Below are positions 10,110-18,593 of a stretch of DNA of 64,000 bases, one piece after another (the stretch's first letter is position 1; each line of letters begins with the position of its first letter). The notes beneath the pieces were generated by a model that was given only the letters and a program-made list of their open reading frames with translations, made no database searches and was not told the DNA's origin. The stretch is from assembly GCA_012839815.1 (NCBI GenBank), contig DUMQ01000124.1, positions 5,933 through 69,932 of the forward strand, read 5' to 3'. Source of the DNA: Bacillota bacterium (GTDB lineage Bacteria; Bacillota; SHA-98; Ch115; JABLXJ01). The translations under genes and the position numbers were made by a program.

Positions 10110-11207
10110 TTACCGGAAGCTGCCATAGGTTCTGACCGTCTCCCACATCTTGAGGACATTCTCCACCTTGCAGTCGGGGTGAATCTCAGTGCTCGACCCT
10201 ACGATCAACCCACCTCCCCTCCATCCTTCGTCAATGGCTCGCTTTACAGCAGCCTCGACTTCTTCCCCGGTCCCATAGGGCAGGAGCTGGCTCACGTCAA
10301 TCCCACCCATCATGGTCAGCCTGGGATATCTCCTGCGCAGTTCGCCGATATCCATGCCTGCCACGGGTTCAACGGGATTTATGCCATCTATCCCGGATGC
10401 TACAAAATCATCCATCACCTCCATGAGATACCCATCGGAATGGTAGATAACTTTGATCCCATGACTGTGCCATGCATCCACCACCTGCTTTAACCTGGGG
10501 AAAAACTCCTTGCGGAGAAAGGCGGGGGAGAAGATCAAGGAGCCCTTGAACGCAAGGTCCGAATAGACCAGCGCTACCGGCGATAGTTCAACGTCGGCTA
10601 CGTCGTGGATCCTCCTGACTTCGAAATCCGCGAGAGCCTGGAGCCACCTGGATATAAGCTCGGGGTCCTCGGCATAGGTGTAGATGAAAAGGTCGAGTCC
10701 GGCGCGTATCCAGGCCGTATCCAGGCCAACAGGGCTTTCGGCGGGGAAGAGCACGGTATCCCCCAGCTTCTCCTGTAACGCTAGGAACTGTTCCCGGGGG
10801 CTCGCGTCGGCCTGGCCCCAGACGTTTGCCTTGCCCGCAAAGGTCCAGATATCACCGGGGTGGTAGTCCTGGAGCTCATCGATGTTGCGCCGGATATATT
10901 CCTTCAACCCCGCGCTATCCTTGAACGGCCTCTCGATGAGCCACGTCGTCCACCACTCTTGTTTGTAGACGAAACCATCCTTGTCGGCAAAGATCTTTTC
11001 TTCGGCCGGCGGGGTGACGCCCCTTGTAGCGTCAAGGTTCATGCTGATCGTCCTGCAGAGAAGGTCGAAGGCGTTCTCGCGTGTTACCTTCTCCCCTGTA
11101 CACCGCTCCAGAAGCGCTATGTTATGAATCATGTCGAAAATAGGGATCCTATCAACAGGCTTGAATTCAATGGTGTTCACTACCCTCTCCCGCGCGGTCA
11201 TCGGCAT
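10110..11207 (-). CDS. Uroporphyrinogen decarboxylase (URO-D/CIMS) fold protein of unknown function
   Basis: MTARERV..TIEFKPVDRIP N-terminus, SP.FLRKEFFP, YHSDG, GIDG.NP.EP..GMD and GGIDV..LLP.GT.EEV. Confidence 0.85.
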   Translation of the reverse strand: MPMTARERVVNTIEFKPVDRIPIFDMIHNIALLERCTGEKVTRENAFDLLCRTISMNLDATRGVTPPAEEKIFADKDGFVYKQEWWTTWLIERPFKDSAGLKEYIRRNIDELQDYHPGDIWTFAGKANVWGQADASPREQFLALQEKLGDTVLFPAESPVGLDTAWIRAGLDLFIYTYAEDPELISRWLQALADFEVRRIHDVADVELSPVALVYSDLAFKGSLIFSPAFLRKEFFPRLKQVVDAWHSHGIKVIYHSDGYLMEVMDDFVASGIDGINPVEPVAGMDIGELRRRYPRLTMMGGIDVSQLLPYGTGEEVEAAVKRAIDEGWRGGGLIVGSSTEIHPDCKVENVLKMWETVRTYGSFR

Positions 11208-11247
11208 CGATCACACGCTCCCCTCTCCCTGAGATAAAACCACACCC

Positions 11248-11284
11248 AAAATAAAGGATGCCCTCAGAAACCAAAGGCATCCTT
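11248..11284 (-). terminator. Intrinsic terminator in the leader of the UroD-like/sugar ABC operon
   Basis: Minus strand reads AAGGATGCC-TTTGGTTTCTGAG-GGCATCCTT-TATTTT: perfect 9-bp stem then a U-rich tail, about 40 nt before the start codon at 11207. Confidence 0.85.
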
Positions 11285-11320
11285 GACCTTTTCCATATCC
11301 GCACGCCAACCATGAGCGCG
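11276..11320 (-). promoter_or_regulatory. Putative ANTAR-binding dual-hairpin RNA element
   Basis: Hairpin 1 CGCGC-TC[AUGGUU]G-GCGUG and hairpin 2 GGUC[AAGGAU]GCC. Both hexaloops have A1 and G4 and are closed by C-G. Hairpin 2 overlaps the terminator 5' arm. An ANTAR regulator gene is about 200 nt away. Confidence 0.7.
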
Positions 11321-11326
11321 GGATCA

Positions 11327-11372
11327 TTTAGTAAGATTTAGTAAAAATCATCCTGAAGATTTGGTTTAGTAA
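11327..11372. repeat. Three direct copies of TTTAGTAA (candidate operator)
   Basis: Copies at 11327, 11337 and 11365 in the AT-rich region upstream of the ANTAR element. Confidence 0.6.
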
Positions 11373-11521
11373 AATTCAATATCACTCAATGTTAAACTAT
11401 ATGCTTAATTATACGACAAATATCTCACAATTCCTGCCGGCAAACTCAAACATCTTACCATTCCACGTGTCGAGCCTGCAAGTATTTTTCCCGGTCCCGG
11501 TCGACCCCGACCGAGGGCAGG

Positions 11522-12103
11522 CTAGCTCAATATCTTATCGGCCTCGATTATCTGGCGGGCCATGTCCACAAGCTTCTTGTTTTGATCGCGGCTCTTCTTC
11601 TGAAGGAGCCTCATGGCCTCCGCCTCCCCGAGCCCCAGTCTATCCATTAATATCCCCTTTGCGCGCTCGACGAGCTTTCGCGCCTCAAGGGCCTCCCTGG
11701 CGCTCCGGGCCTCGGCCGCGAGGCGCCTCTCCTCGTCGAATCTCGCCAGCGCGACCTCGATGGCCGGCCCCAGGTCATGTTCATCAACAGGCTTTACAAG
11801 ATAAGCGAATACCCCGGCATCTGCTGCCCTCTCCACAAGCTCCCTGTCTGAGTACCCGGTGAGTATGACCACCGGCGTGGGGCACCTCTCGGAGATCGCC
11901 CTTGCAGCCTCCACCCCGTCCATTCGCGGCATATTTATGTCCATTATCACCACATCGGGCCTCACCCGCTCGCACAGAGAAACCGCCTCCGCGCCGTCAG
12001 CGGCCTCGCCCACCACCTCGTAGCCGAGGCTCTCGAGCTGGGCTCTAATACCCATGGCCACAAGGGATTCATCCTCCGCGATCAAGACCCTCAACGTTCC
12101 CAT
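11522..12103 (-). CDS. REC-ANTAR response regulator (PdtaR/EutV type)
   Basis: REC domain: IAEDE, DINMP, LTG, KP. C-terminal ANTAR: RKLVERAKGILM...EAEAMRLLQKKSRDQNKKLVDMARQII. Start placed at ATG 12103. Confidence 0.93.
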   Translation of the reverse strand: MGTLRVLIAEDESLVAMGIRAQLESLGYEVVGEAADGAEAVSLCERVRPDVVIMDINMPRMDGVEAARAISERCPTPVVILTGYSDRELVERAADAGVFAYLVKPVDEHDLGPAIEVALARFDEERRLAAEARSAREALEARKLVERAKGILMDRLGLGEAEAMRLLQKKSRDQNKKLVDMARQIIEADKILS

Positions 12104-12239
12104 AATGTGCCACCCCCATCGCGCTGGCCCTTCTACATCGGACATCCGACTGATATCTGAGTATCTTTCCCCCTCCTCGTGCCACCGCTTACACGCACAT
12201 AACATTTTCGTATATCCGTGCGGGGCGCGCGAAAACGGG

Positions 12240-14174
12240 TCAGACCCTGGGGATCCTTATCGTAGCACGCGTGCCGCCCGCCGGCCCGAGCCTTTCGATA
12301 GAAAAGTGCCCCTGCAGATCCTTGGATACAAGCATGTTTACGATAGACAACCCGAGGTGCGCCGAGGTCCGGGCATCAAACTCCGCAGGCAAACCCACGC
12401 CGTCGTCGAGCACCTCGATGATAATATCCGATTCGGTTTCATCCATAGAGACATTTATAGAACCCGCATCCCGACCGGGGAAGGCGTGCTTGAAGCAGTT
12501 GATTATAAGCTCATTTACGGCCAGGGCCAGCGACGTGGCGCGCCTGTAGGTCATCATGATATCCCTTCCCTCGAGCTCGACCTGAATAGATCTCGACAGG
12601 TTCCTCCCGCTCGCTAGCTCAATAACCTTCTTTACTATCTCCCTCGCATTAACGACGCCTATATCCTTCTCATCCTTGGACAGGAGATCATGGACCGCAG
12701 CGATCGCCTTTACCCGCGCAATACTCTCTCTCAACACGGCCTCGACGGGCCTGGACTCCTTAAAGAGCATCTGGAGCGAAAGCAGGCTTACAATCGATTG
12801 CAGGTTGTTCTTGATGCGATGATGGGCTTCCTTCAAAAGGGCCGATCTTCCCATGAGCCGGGTATTTTCGATGGCGATCGCAGCCTGGCTAGCAAAGGCC
12901 GAGAGAAGCTCGATCTCTTTCTGTGAATAAAGGTGGGGGCGCCTGTAAAAGACCTCTATTGCCCCGGCTATCCTCGTCCTCACCTTGATGGGCACGCAGA
13001 TAAGGGACCTGACAGAGGGCCTGGGCTCCTTGGCGTAGACGTCCGCAAACTCGCTCGCGCCGAGATCGGATACGAAAAAAGGGGATCCCCCGGAGATGAC
13101 CCTGCCCAGCATCTCCTTCTTGACGTCAACCTCTATCTCTTCCCCGCGGTTGAACCTCACCTTATTTACAACCGCCCTCGAATCTTCGTCGATAAGCTCA
13201 ATTACGCAGGAATCTGCGTTCATGATGTTAACGGCGCGCTCGGCGAGAAAGTTTAGCACGTCCTGCAGCTCATATTCGGAAGCCAGCAACTCGCTTGTGC
13301 GCAAAATGGCCTGGATCACCTCACCGGTCTCGCGGAGTATATCCTGGTCTTGCGCCCCATGCCCTCCCCAGCTCACGGCTTCACCCGTATTTGGAATTTC
13401 TCCTATGGGGTCATCGCGCCCCATCATCAGCCGAATGACCCTTTCAGGGGCTCTCCTGGCTGCAGTGCAGGATAAGGTCGCTCTCACCTCGCCGTCCTTC
13501 AAGATGGTTATTCTATCGGCGACCTGAAAGGCCTCTTCAAGGCGGTGTGAGAAATACAGGAAGCTAGTCCCCTGGCCAGCATAGCGCCTGATGATTCTGA
13601 AAACATCTGCGGCCGCAAGCTCTCCTAAATTGTCCACAGGCTCATCCATCACCACAATGCGCGGCCCGGTCGAAAAAGCCCTCGCTATGGCCGTCAACTG
13701 CCTCTCCTCAAGGTTGAGATTCTTTACAAGTTCTTTTACATCAATACGGATTCCCAGGTTCCGGAGCAGGGCCTCTGTCGAGGCGTACAACCCGGCCCAG
13801 TACACGAAGCGCGAGCGCCCCCGGGTGGGCAGGCGGCCGAGAAAGATATTCTCTGCGACGGATAGCTGCGGGAGGAGCTGGGGGTTCTGGTAGACGAAAC
13901 TCAACCCATTTCGCTGTGCATCGCCAGGTCCCCTCAAAGTAAGGGGCCTTCCGTAAAGGTTTACCACCCCCGAGCTTAAAGGGCACACACCGGCCAGCAC
14001 GCCAACGAGGCTTGATTTGCCTGCCCCATTTTCCCCTACTATCGCATGAACCTCGCCCTCATGCAGGTCCAGGCTGACGTGGTTTAGCACGGCAAAGCCG
14101 TTGGCCCGATACGTCGTAACACCGCGCATTTCCAGTATATTACCGGCACAGGTATGAGCATAAACCTGGTTCAC
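12240..14174 (-). CDS. Histidine kinase with N-terminal ABC ATPase domain (ABC NBD-GAF-HisKA_2-HATPase fusion)
   Basis: One uninterrupted 644-aa ORF. Residues ~13-253 are an RbsA-like NBD (GENGAGKSS, YQ, VMDEP, SHRLEE). Residues ~288-440 are GAF (ICVPIKV, FASQAAIAIENTRL). Then EAHHRIKNNLQ, NELIINCFKHAF, DDGVG and LGLSIV. Confidence 0.9.
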   Translation of the reverse strand: MNQVYAHTCAGNILEMRGVTTYRANGFAVLNHVSLDLHEGEVHAIVGENGAGKSSLVGVLAGVCPLSSGVVNLYGRPLTLRGPGDAQRNGLSFVYQNPQLLPQLSVAENIFLGRLPTRGRSRFVYWAGLYASTEALLRNLGIRIDVKELVKNLNLEERQLTAIARAFSTGPRIVVMDEPVDNLGELAAADVFRIIRRYAGQGTSFLYFSHRLEEAFQVADRITILKDGEVRATLSCTAARRAPERVIRLMMGRDDPIGEIPNTGEAVSWGGHGAQDQDILRETGEVIQAILRTSELLASEYELQDVLNFLAERAVNIMNADSCVIELIDEDSRAVVNKVRFNRGEEIEVDVKKEMLGRVISGGSPFFVSDLGASEFADVYAKEPRPSVRSLICVPIKVRTRIAGAIEVFYRRPHLYSQKEIELLSAFASQAAIAIENTRLMGRSALLKEAHHRIKNNLQSIVSLLSLQMLFKESRPVEAVLRESIARVKAIAAVHDLLSKDEKDIGVVNAREIVKKVIELASGRNLSRSIQVELEGRDIMMTYRRATSLALAVNELIINCFKHAFPGRDAGSINVSMDETESDIIIEVLDDGVGLPAEFDARTSAHLGLSIVNMLVSKDLQGHFSIERLGPAGGTRATIRIPRV

Positions 14175-14202
14175 TGCCCCGGCCCCCGTAGGATATTACC
14201 TA

Positions 14203-14234
14203 AATATTATGAGTTCGGCAATATTATGAGTTCG
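14203..14234. repeat. 15-bp direct repeat AATATTATGAGTTCG x2
   Basis: Exact copies at 14203-14217 and 14220-14234, in the divergent intergenic region just upstream of the kinase. Confidence 0.7.
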
Positions 14235-14386
14235 ACAGGAAGTCACAAATCCCTTCGCACACCCTGCATGATTCCACCTCATCCCGCGGTTACCCTGCGG
14301 TTATCCCGGCGAGTCATGCACCTCCCATGCCATTCGTATAATTTATTTAGAGAACGTATGCCGGAAGCATCCAGGAGGATGACCTT

Positions 14387-15379
14387 GTGAGACGAACGAA
14401 AGCCCTTAATAGACCGGTTATGCTTACCCTGGTAGCTCTGGCAGCCATGGTCGCTTTGGTCGTGAGCGGCGCCTACTCTACCATGCCCAGTGACGCTACC
14501 ACCGGCTCTGCAGGCTTCAGGGCCTGCCCCCTGCAGTGCGAGGTCGACAGGGAGCTCTATCTCAAGGACCCGCCGTTCCGGGGTCACGACGTAGTTGAGC
14601 TCCAGCAACGCCTCAAGCAGCTCAATATCTACAAGGGAAAGATTGATGGCATCTTTGGCAGGTCCACGGCCCAGTCCGTCAAAAAATTCCAGGCACAGGC
14701 CGGGCTTAGGCCGGACGGGGTCGTGCGAGGGGAGACATGGGATAAACTAGGCGAGGGCATCCACGTCCCGGCCAGCCAGGCCACAGTCCCACGCCCCCCT
14801 GGCAAGATCAAGCTCCTCGTAAACGTGGATGAATTGACCCTCACAGTCTACTCAGGCGACAAGCCATACAAGACATATCCCATCGCAATTGGTCAATGGA
14901 CAACGCCAACCCAGCTCGGCGAGTTCACGATAATAGACAAGGGCTACAACCCGGGCGGACCGTTCGGCACGAGGTGGCTCGGCCTCAATGTCCCCTGGGG
15001 GAGTTACGGTATCCACGGTACGAACCGGCCCTGGAGCATCGGTACGGCCGCGAGCCAGGGGTGTATCAGGATGTTTAACGAACACGTGGAGGAGATATTC
15101 GACTGGGTATCAATAGGTACAAAGGTTATCATAACCGGGCAGTATCTCGAAGAGGACCTGGTGACCGGCGTGGAACGCGAATTGAAGCCCGGTGACACGG
15201 GCAAGGATATTAGATATGTGCAATACCGCCTGCGCCAGGCGGGCTTCGACCCGGGGCCTGTCGACGGGTGGTTTGGCCCGGCGATGCAAAGCGCAGTCAG
15301 GCAGCTGCAGGATTTCTACGGGCTGCCCGCCACCGGCAAGGTAGGGTCAAATGAACTCTACGTCCTGGGCCTGCGATGA
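14387..15379 (+). CDS. L,D-transpeptidase (YkuD) with two peptidoglycan-binding domains
   Basis: PG_binding_1-like DVVELQQRLKQL...IDGIFG..T..SVKKFQ. Catalytic YGIHGT...SIG.AASQGCIRM. Second PG-binding repeat at the C-terminus. N-terminal TM segment. Confidence 0.9.
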   Translation: MRRTKALNRPVMLTLVALAAMVALVVSGAYSTMPSDATTGSAGFRACPLQCEVDRELYLKDPPFRGHDVVELQQRLKQLNIYKGKIDGIFGRSTAQSVKKFQAQAGLRPDGVVRGETWDKLGEGIHVPASQATVPRPPGKIKLLVNVDELTLTVYSGDKPYKTYPIAIGQWTTPTQLGEFTIIDKGYNPGGPFGTRWLGLNVPWGSYGIHGTNRPWSIGTAASQGCIRMFNEHVEEIFDWVSIGTKVIITGQYLEEDLVTGVERELKPGDTGKDIRYVQYRLRQAGFDPGPVDGWFGPAMQSAVRQLQDFYGLPATGKVGSNELYVLGLR

Positions 15380-15437
15380 CTAACACTTAAGAGCTACCAA
15401 GACTTAAGGCTCAAGGCTCAAGACAGGGGGTGCTACA

Positions 15438-17009
15438 TTGGCCAGGAGAATAGACCCCGGGAGCGGGCCGCCAGGTCCGGCCCGAATCTGGATAGGCTCC
15501 GGGATGAAAATAATAAAGATCATAAAGTGGGCTACAGTGGTCATTTTAGCCCTGGGCGCCTGCGCCGCGGTGGGTATCCCGCTCGCCCGCCCTGAGGTGC
15601 TGCCCCCGCATCGTTACCACCCCCGCGCCGTCTACTATAGGCTCCGGGGCATCAGAGTCCACCCCCTGGTGCCGATGGATCCCAACAAGCGATATGAGCT
15701 CGAGGTATGGGAAACCGACTGGCCTGTGCAGGCCACGGGAAAAGTGCCCTACCGTGAGTTCCTGAGGAAGCTGATCGCTGAATTTAGAGAGCGCCGCCCC
15801 AACGTCTCAATTGAGTGCACATTCCTGCCCTTCCACAGCGACCCGGGCGAGCGGCTCAAATCCGCCCTGGATGCAGCCAGTCCACCCGATATATATATTG
15901 GACCGTTCAACCCTCGCATCATGACAAGCGGGCTCGGCGTACCCCTAACTGTCTTTTTCGCAGACGAGCAACGGGCGGCTTTTGAGCCTGCAGCCATAAC
16001 TCTCACGACCCGCAGGGGCGATATCTGGGCCTGGCCTAGATGGCTTGAGCTCTGGGGGTGGGCCGGTAACGCGAAGCTCCTCCGGAAGGCGGGCATCGAA
16101 CCCGGCTATATAATCTCAAACGGTTGGACCTGGAGTGAATTCATCGAAATAGGGCGGAAGCTAACCCAAGGGAATGCCTTCACGAAACCTGAATGGAGGA
16201 TCTACGGGCTCACTCTTGACACAACACGCACCGACGCGTTTGAGCACCTTCTATTGAATGACGGGGCGGCCCCCCTGAACTGGACCAGAGCGCAGATAGC
16301 CGAGACGGCCGCCTTTCTTGAAGTGCTTGGCAACGAGGGCATACTGCCTCCCGAGCCAGATACGGCCTCCGGCGAACTCCTGGAGCTATTCTGGGAAGGG
16401 CGCACCGCGGTGATAGGGCCGGTCGGTCCCGCTCTCCTGCGCCACCTGTGGGAAAGGGGAGAACGTGTAAGACTTGGCCAGATCAACCCGGGCCCCGCAA
16501 ATCTCGCAACTTCAACTCTTGCCCCCGCACAAGTTGAGCCTGTGCTCCTCCCCATCCCCTCCAGAACGCGAGAATTGAGGGCGACACCCGCCGCGGCAGT
16601 GGCTTTCCATATCTTCCGGCGTCCTCGCCCTGGGGACAGCGCCAGCGCGGATGAGACGGCTCGCATCGCTGTAGAGCTGGCCCGACACCTGGCCTCGGGG
16701 CGCGGGGCCTGGCTTGCCGCGAGGTTGAAGGCCATCCCGGCCCTCAGGGCCGATCAGGCCTGGTGGGCCGATGATTTCCAGGTCGGCCTCCTTGCCGACC
16801 TTTTCATTCGAGAGAGTCTAAGATATGCCCGCTCAATCACGCCGGAGCTACCCGGAGACATTGAAAAGCTGAATGCTGTAAGGCAGAAAGTGCTTGCCCC
16901 GGCCCTGGCGCAATTCTGGCGCGGCCGGGTCACCGCCTCGCGGCTGGCGGAGGAGATTGACGCAGGCACAAGGAGCGTGCTTGGGTCACCCACGGCCGGG
17001 GATCAATGA
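15438..17009 (+). CDS. Extracellular solute-binding protein, family 1-like
   Basis: N-terminal TM anchor. EFRERRPNVSIE, SPPDIY, WAWPRW, GNAKLLRKAG, WTWSEF and ELFWEG match the SBP_bac_1 pattern. Start uncertain. Confidence 0.7.
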   Translation: MARRIDPGSGPPGPARIWIGSGMKIIKIIKWATVVILALGACAAVGIPLARPEVLPPHRYHPRAVYYRLRGIRVHPLVPMDPNKRYELEVWETDWPVQATGKVPYREFLRKLIAEFRERRPNVSIECTFLPFHSDPGERLKSALDAASPPDIYIGPFNPRIMTSGLGVPLTVFFADEQRAAFEPAAITLTTRRGDIWAWPRWLELWGWAGNAKLLRKAGIEPGYIISNGWTWSEFIEIGRKLTQGNAFTKPEWRIYGLTLDTTRTDAFEHLLLNDGAAPLNWTRAQIAETAAFLEVLGNEGILPPEPDTASGELLELFWEGRTAVIGPVGPALLRHLWERGERVRLGQINPGPANLATSTLAPAQVEPVLLPIPSRTRELRATPAAAVAFHIFRRPRPGDSASADETARIAVELARHLASGRGAWLAARLKAIPALRADQAWWADDFQVGLLADLFIRESLRYARSITPELPGDIEKLNAVRQKVLAPALAQFWRGRVTASRLAEEIDAGTRSVLGSPTAGDQ

Positions 17010-18352
17010 CCGGCGGCCGGTGAACGGTGACCTGCCGCCAGGAGCTCCGGCGCGCGCTGCACCAGGATCTCCAGGGCCTCCCTGTCATCCCTGGCGACGA
17101 TGACGGGCTTCTCCAGCAATTGCTCAAGCTTCCTGGTGCCCCGCCCGCCGGTGTAATCGCGCCGGCCCGCCCCGCGATCATTTATGACGATCACGAGTTT
17201 GCCGCTATCCGCTGCCTGTATGGCCGCCTCCAAGTTCTTAAGATTGCCGTTCCCGAAAGGGATATTTGCCAGAACGATAACGTCCGACCCTTTCACGGCC
17301 TCAAGATTCTGCAGATGCTCCTTCTCACCGATGTAGGAAAACGGAGGGGCCTCGACAACATCAATACCGAGGGTCCTGGCCATCTCCCAGTCGCTATCGC
17401 CGATATTCAGAACCCCTGTTGTCACCTGAAAGCCCATATTTACAAGACCCTCGAGGAGAGGCGCACCCATCCCCCCTCCTCCGATTACATGCACCCGGAC
17501 CCGGGACACGCGCCACCCCGCGGGCGGCGCCGGACCCGCAGCGGATCCCGGGCCGGAGCCCAAACCTTCACCCGAGAGGAGGACAACCTGTGGGCGCCCC
17601 GAAAGGATGTGACGGGTTATGAGAACCTCGCTCCCGTAGGCGGCCCGTATATTATCCTTGGTGATAACCTCGACGGGAGTCCCAAGGGCGAAGACCTTGC
17701 CGTCCTTTACAAGAATAAGCCGGTCGAAGTAAAGAGCGGCGAGATTCAGGTCGTGAAGCGCCGCTATGACGGTAAGTCCCCTGTCCTTGTTGAGCCTCTT
17801 CACCATATCCAGTATCTCTATCTGGTGCCCGATATCCAGGTGAGAGGTGGGCTCGTCCAAGAGGAGCACCTCCGGGTCCTGGGCAAGGGCCCTTGCGATC
17901 ATCACCCGCTGCCGTTCCCCGCCGGAGAGCTCTGTGACCGGGCGGCGGGCGAGACTCAGGGTGCCCGTCATCTCCAAGGCCTGCCTGACCTTTTCAAGGT
18001 CCCCCGGTTTCTCCCGTTCAAACCGCGAGAGATGAGGATAGCGGCCCATCATTACAATCTCTTCCACGGTGAAATCGAAATCGACGGGGTTCTCCTGGGA
18101 GACGACAGCCATGCGTCGCGCCAGGTCCACCTGTTTAAAGAGGGATAGATCTTGCCCATCCAGGAGTATCTCCCCCAGCTGGGGGCGGAGAACGCGGCTG
18201 ATCGTCCTTAAAAGGGTTGACTTGCCGGAGCCGTTCGGACCGATCAGACCGACAAAATCACCTCGCCTTATCTGAAAGGTAACGCCATCGAGGGCGATGT
18301 TAGAGCCGTATGAGCACGTAAGATCACAAATGGCCAGGTGTATCGATGCCAA
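17003..18352 (-). CDS. Iron-chelate/cobalamin-type ABC ATPase with extra C-terminal domain
   Basis: GPNGSGKST, LSGGERQRV, LLLDEPTSHLD and ALHDLNLA. About 170 extra residues beginning VHVIGGGG.G. Confidence 0.85.
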   Translation of the reverse strand: MASIHLAICDLTCSYGSNIALDGVTFQIRRGDFVGLIGPNGSGKSTLLRTISRVLRPQLGEILLDGQDLSLFKQVDLARRMAVVSQENPVDFDFTVEEIVMMGRYPHLSRFEREKPGDLEKVRQALEMTGTLSLARRPVTELSGGERQRVMIARALAQDPEVLLLDEPTSHLDIGHQIEILDMVKRLNKDRGLTVIAALHDLNLAALYFDRLILVKDGKVFALGTPVEVITKDNIRAAYGSEVLITRHILSGRPQVVLLSGEGLGSGPGSAAGPAPPAGWRVSRVRVHVIGGGGMGAPLLEGLVNMGFQVTTGVLNIGDSDWEMARTLGIDVVEAPPFSYIGEKEHLQNLEAVKGSDVIVLANIPFGNGNLKNLEAAIQAADSGKLVIVINDRGAGRRDYTGGRGTRKLEQLLEKPVIVARDDREALEILVQRAPELLAAGHRSPAAGH

Positions 18353-18593
18353 GGATGTTACAAACCTCCTGCGTTCAGGTTAGTGCATAAACGGAGCGCC
18401 TCTCTTTCACCCCTGCCCGGTGCAGTAACTACTATGCCGTCTCTACTGTGGAATTATACCACATTATACCTCCTGGTGCCACCGGCTGATTTTTTCAGGA
18501 CCTCGGGAGCACCTTAGAAGGATTCTAAAGGTTTAATATAGAATAAAAATTTTCATATATGCCATACACGATCGCGAGAAGAGGGGTGCGTAA

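Noticed and set aside
13330-13400. Possibility that the ABC-kinase fusion is two genes joined by a frameshift or read-through
   Set aside because: The reading frame is continuous through a plausible ~35-aa linker with no internal stop. Retained only as a check in the main finding.
14195-14240. Purine riboswitch suggested by CTCATAATAT
   Set aside because: The downstream conserved elements (TATGG, GTTTCTAC, CCGTAAA) are absent.
18353-18593. Cobalamin riboswitch upstream of the BtuD-like ATPase
   Set aside because: No B12-box or conserved core motifs seen, only a tandem TATAAT-like promoter region on the minus strand.
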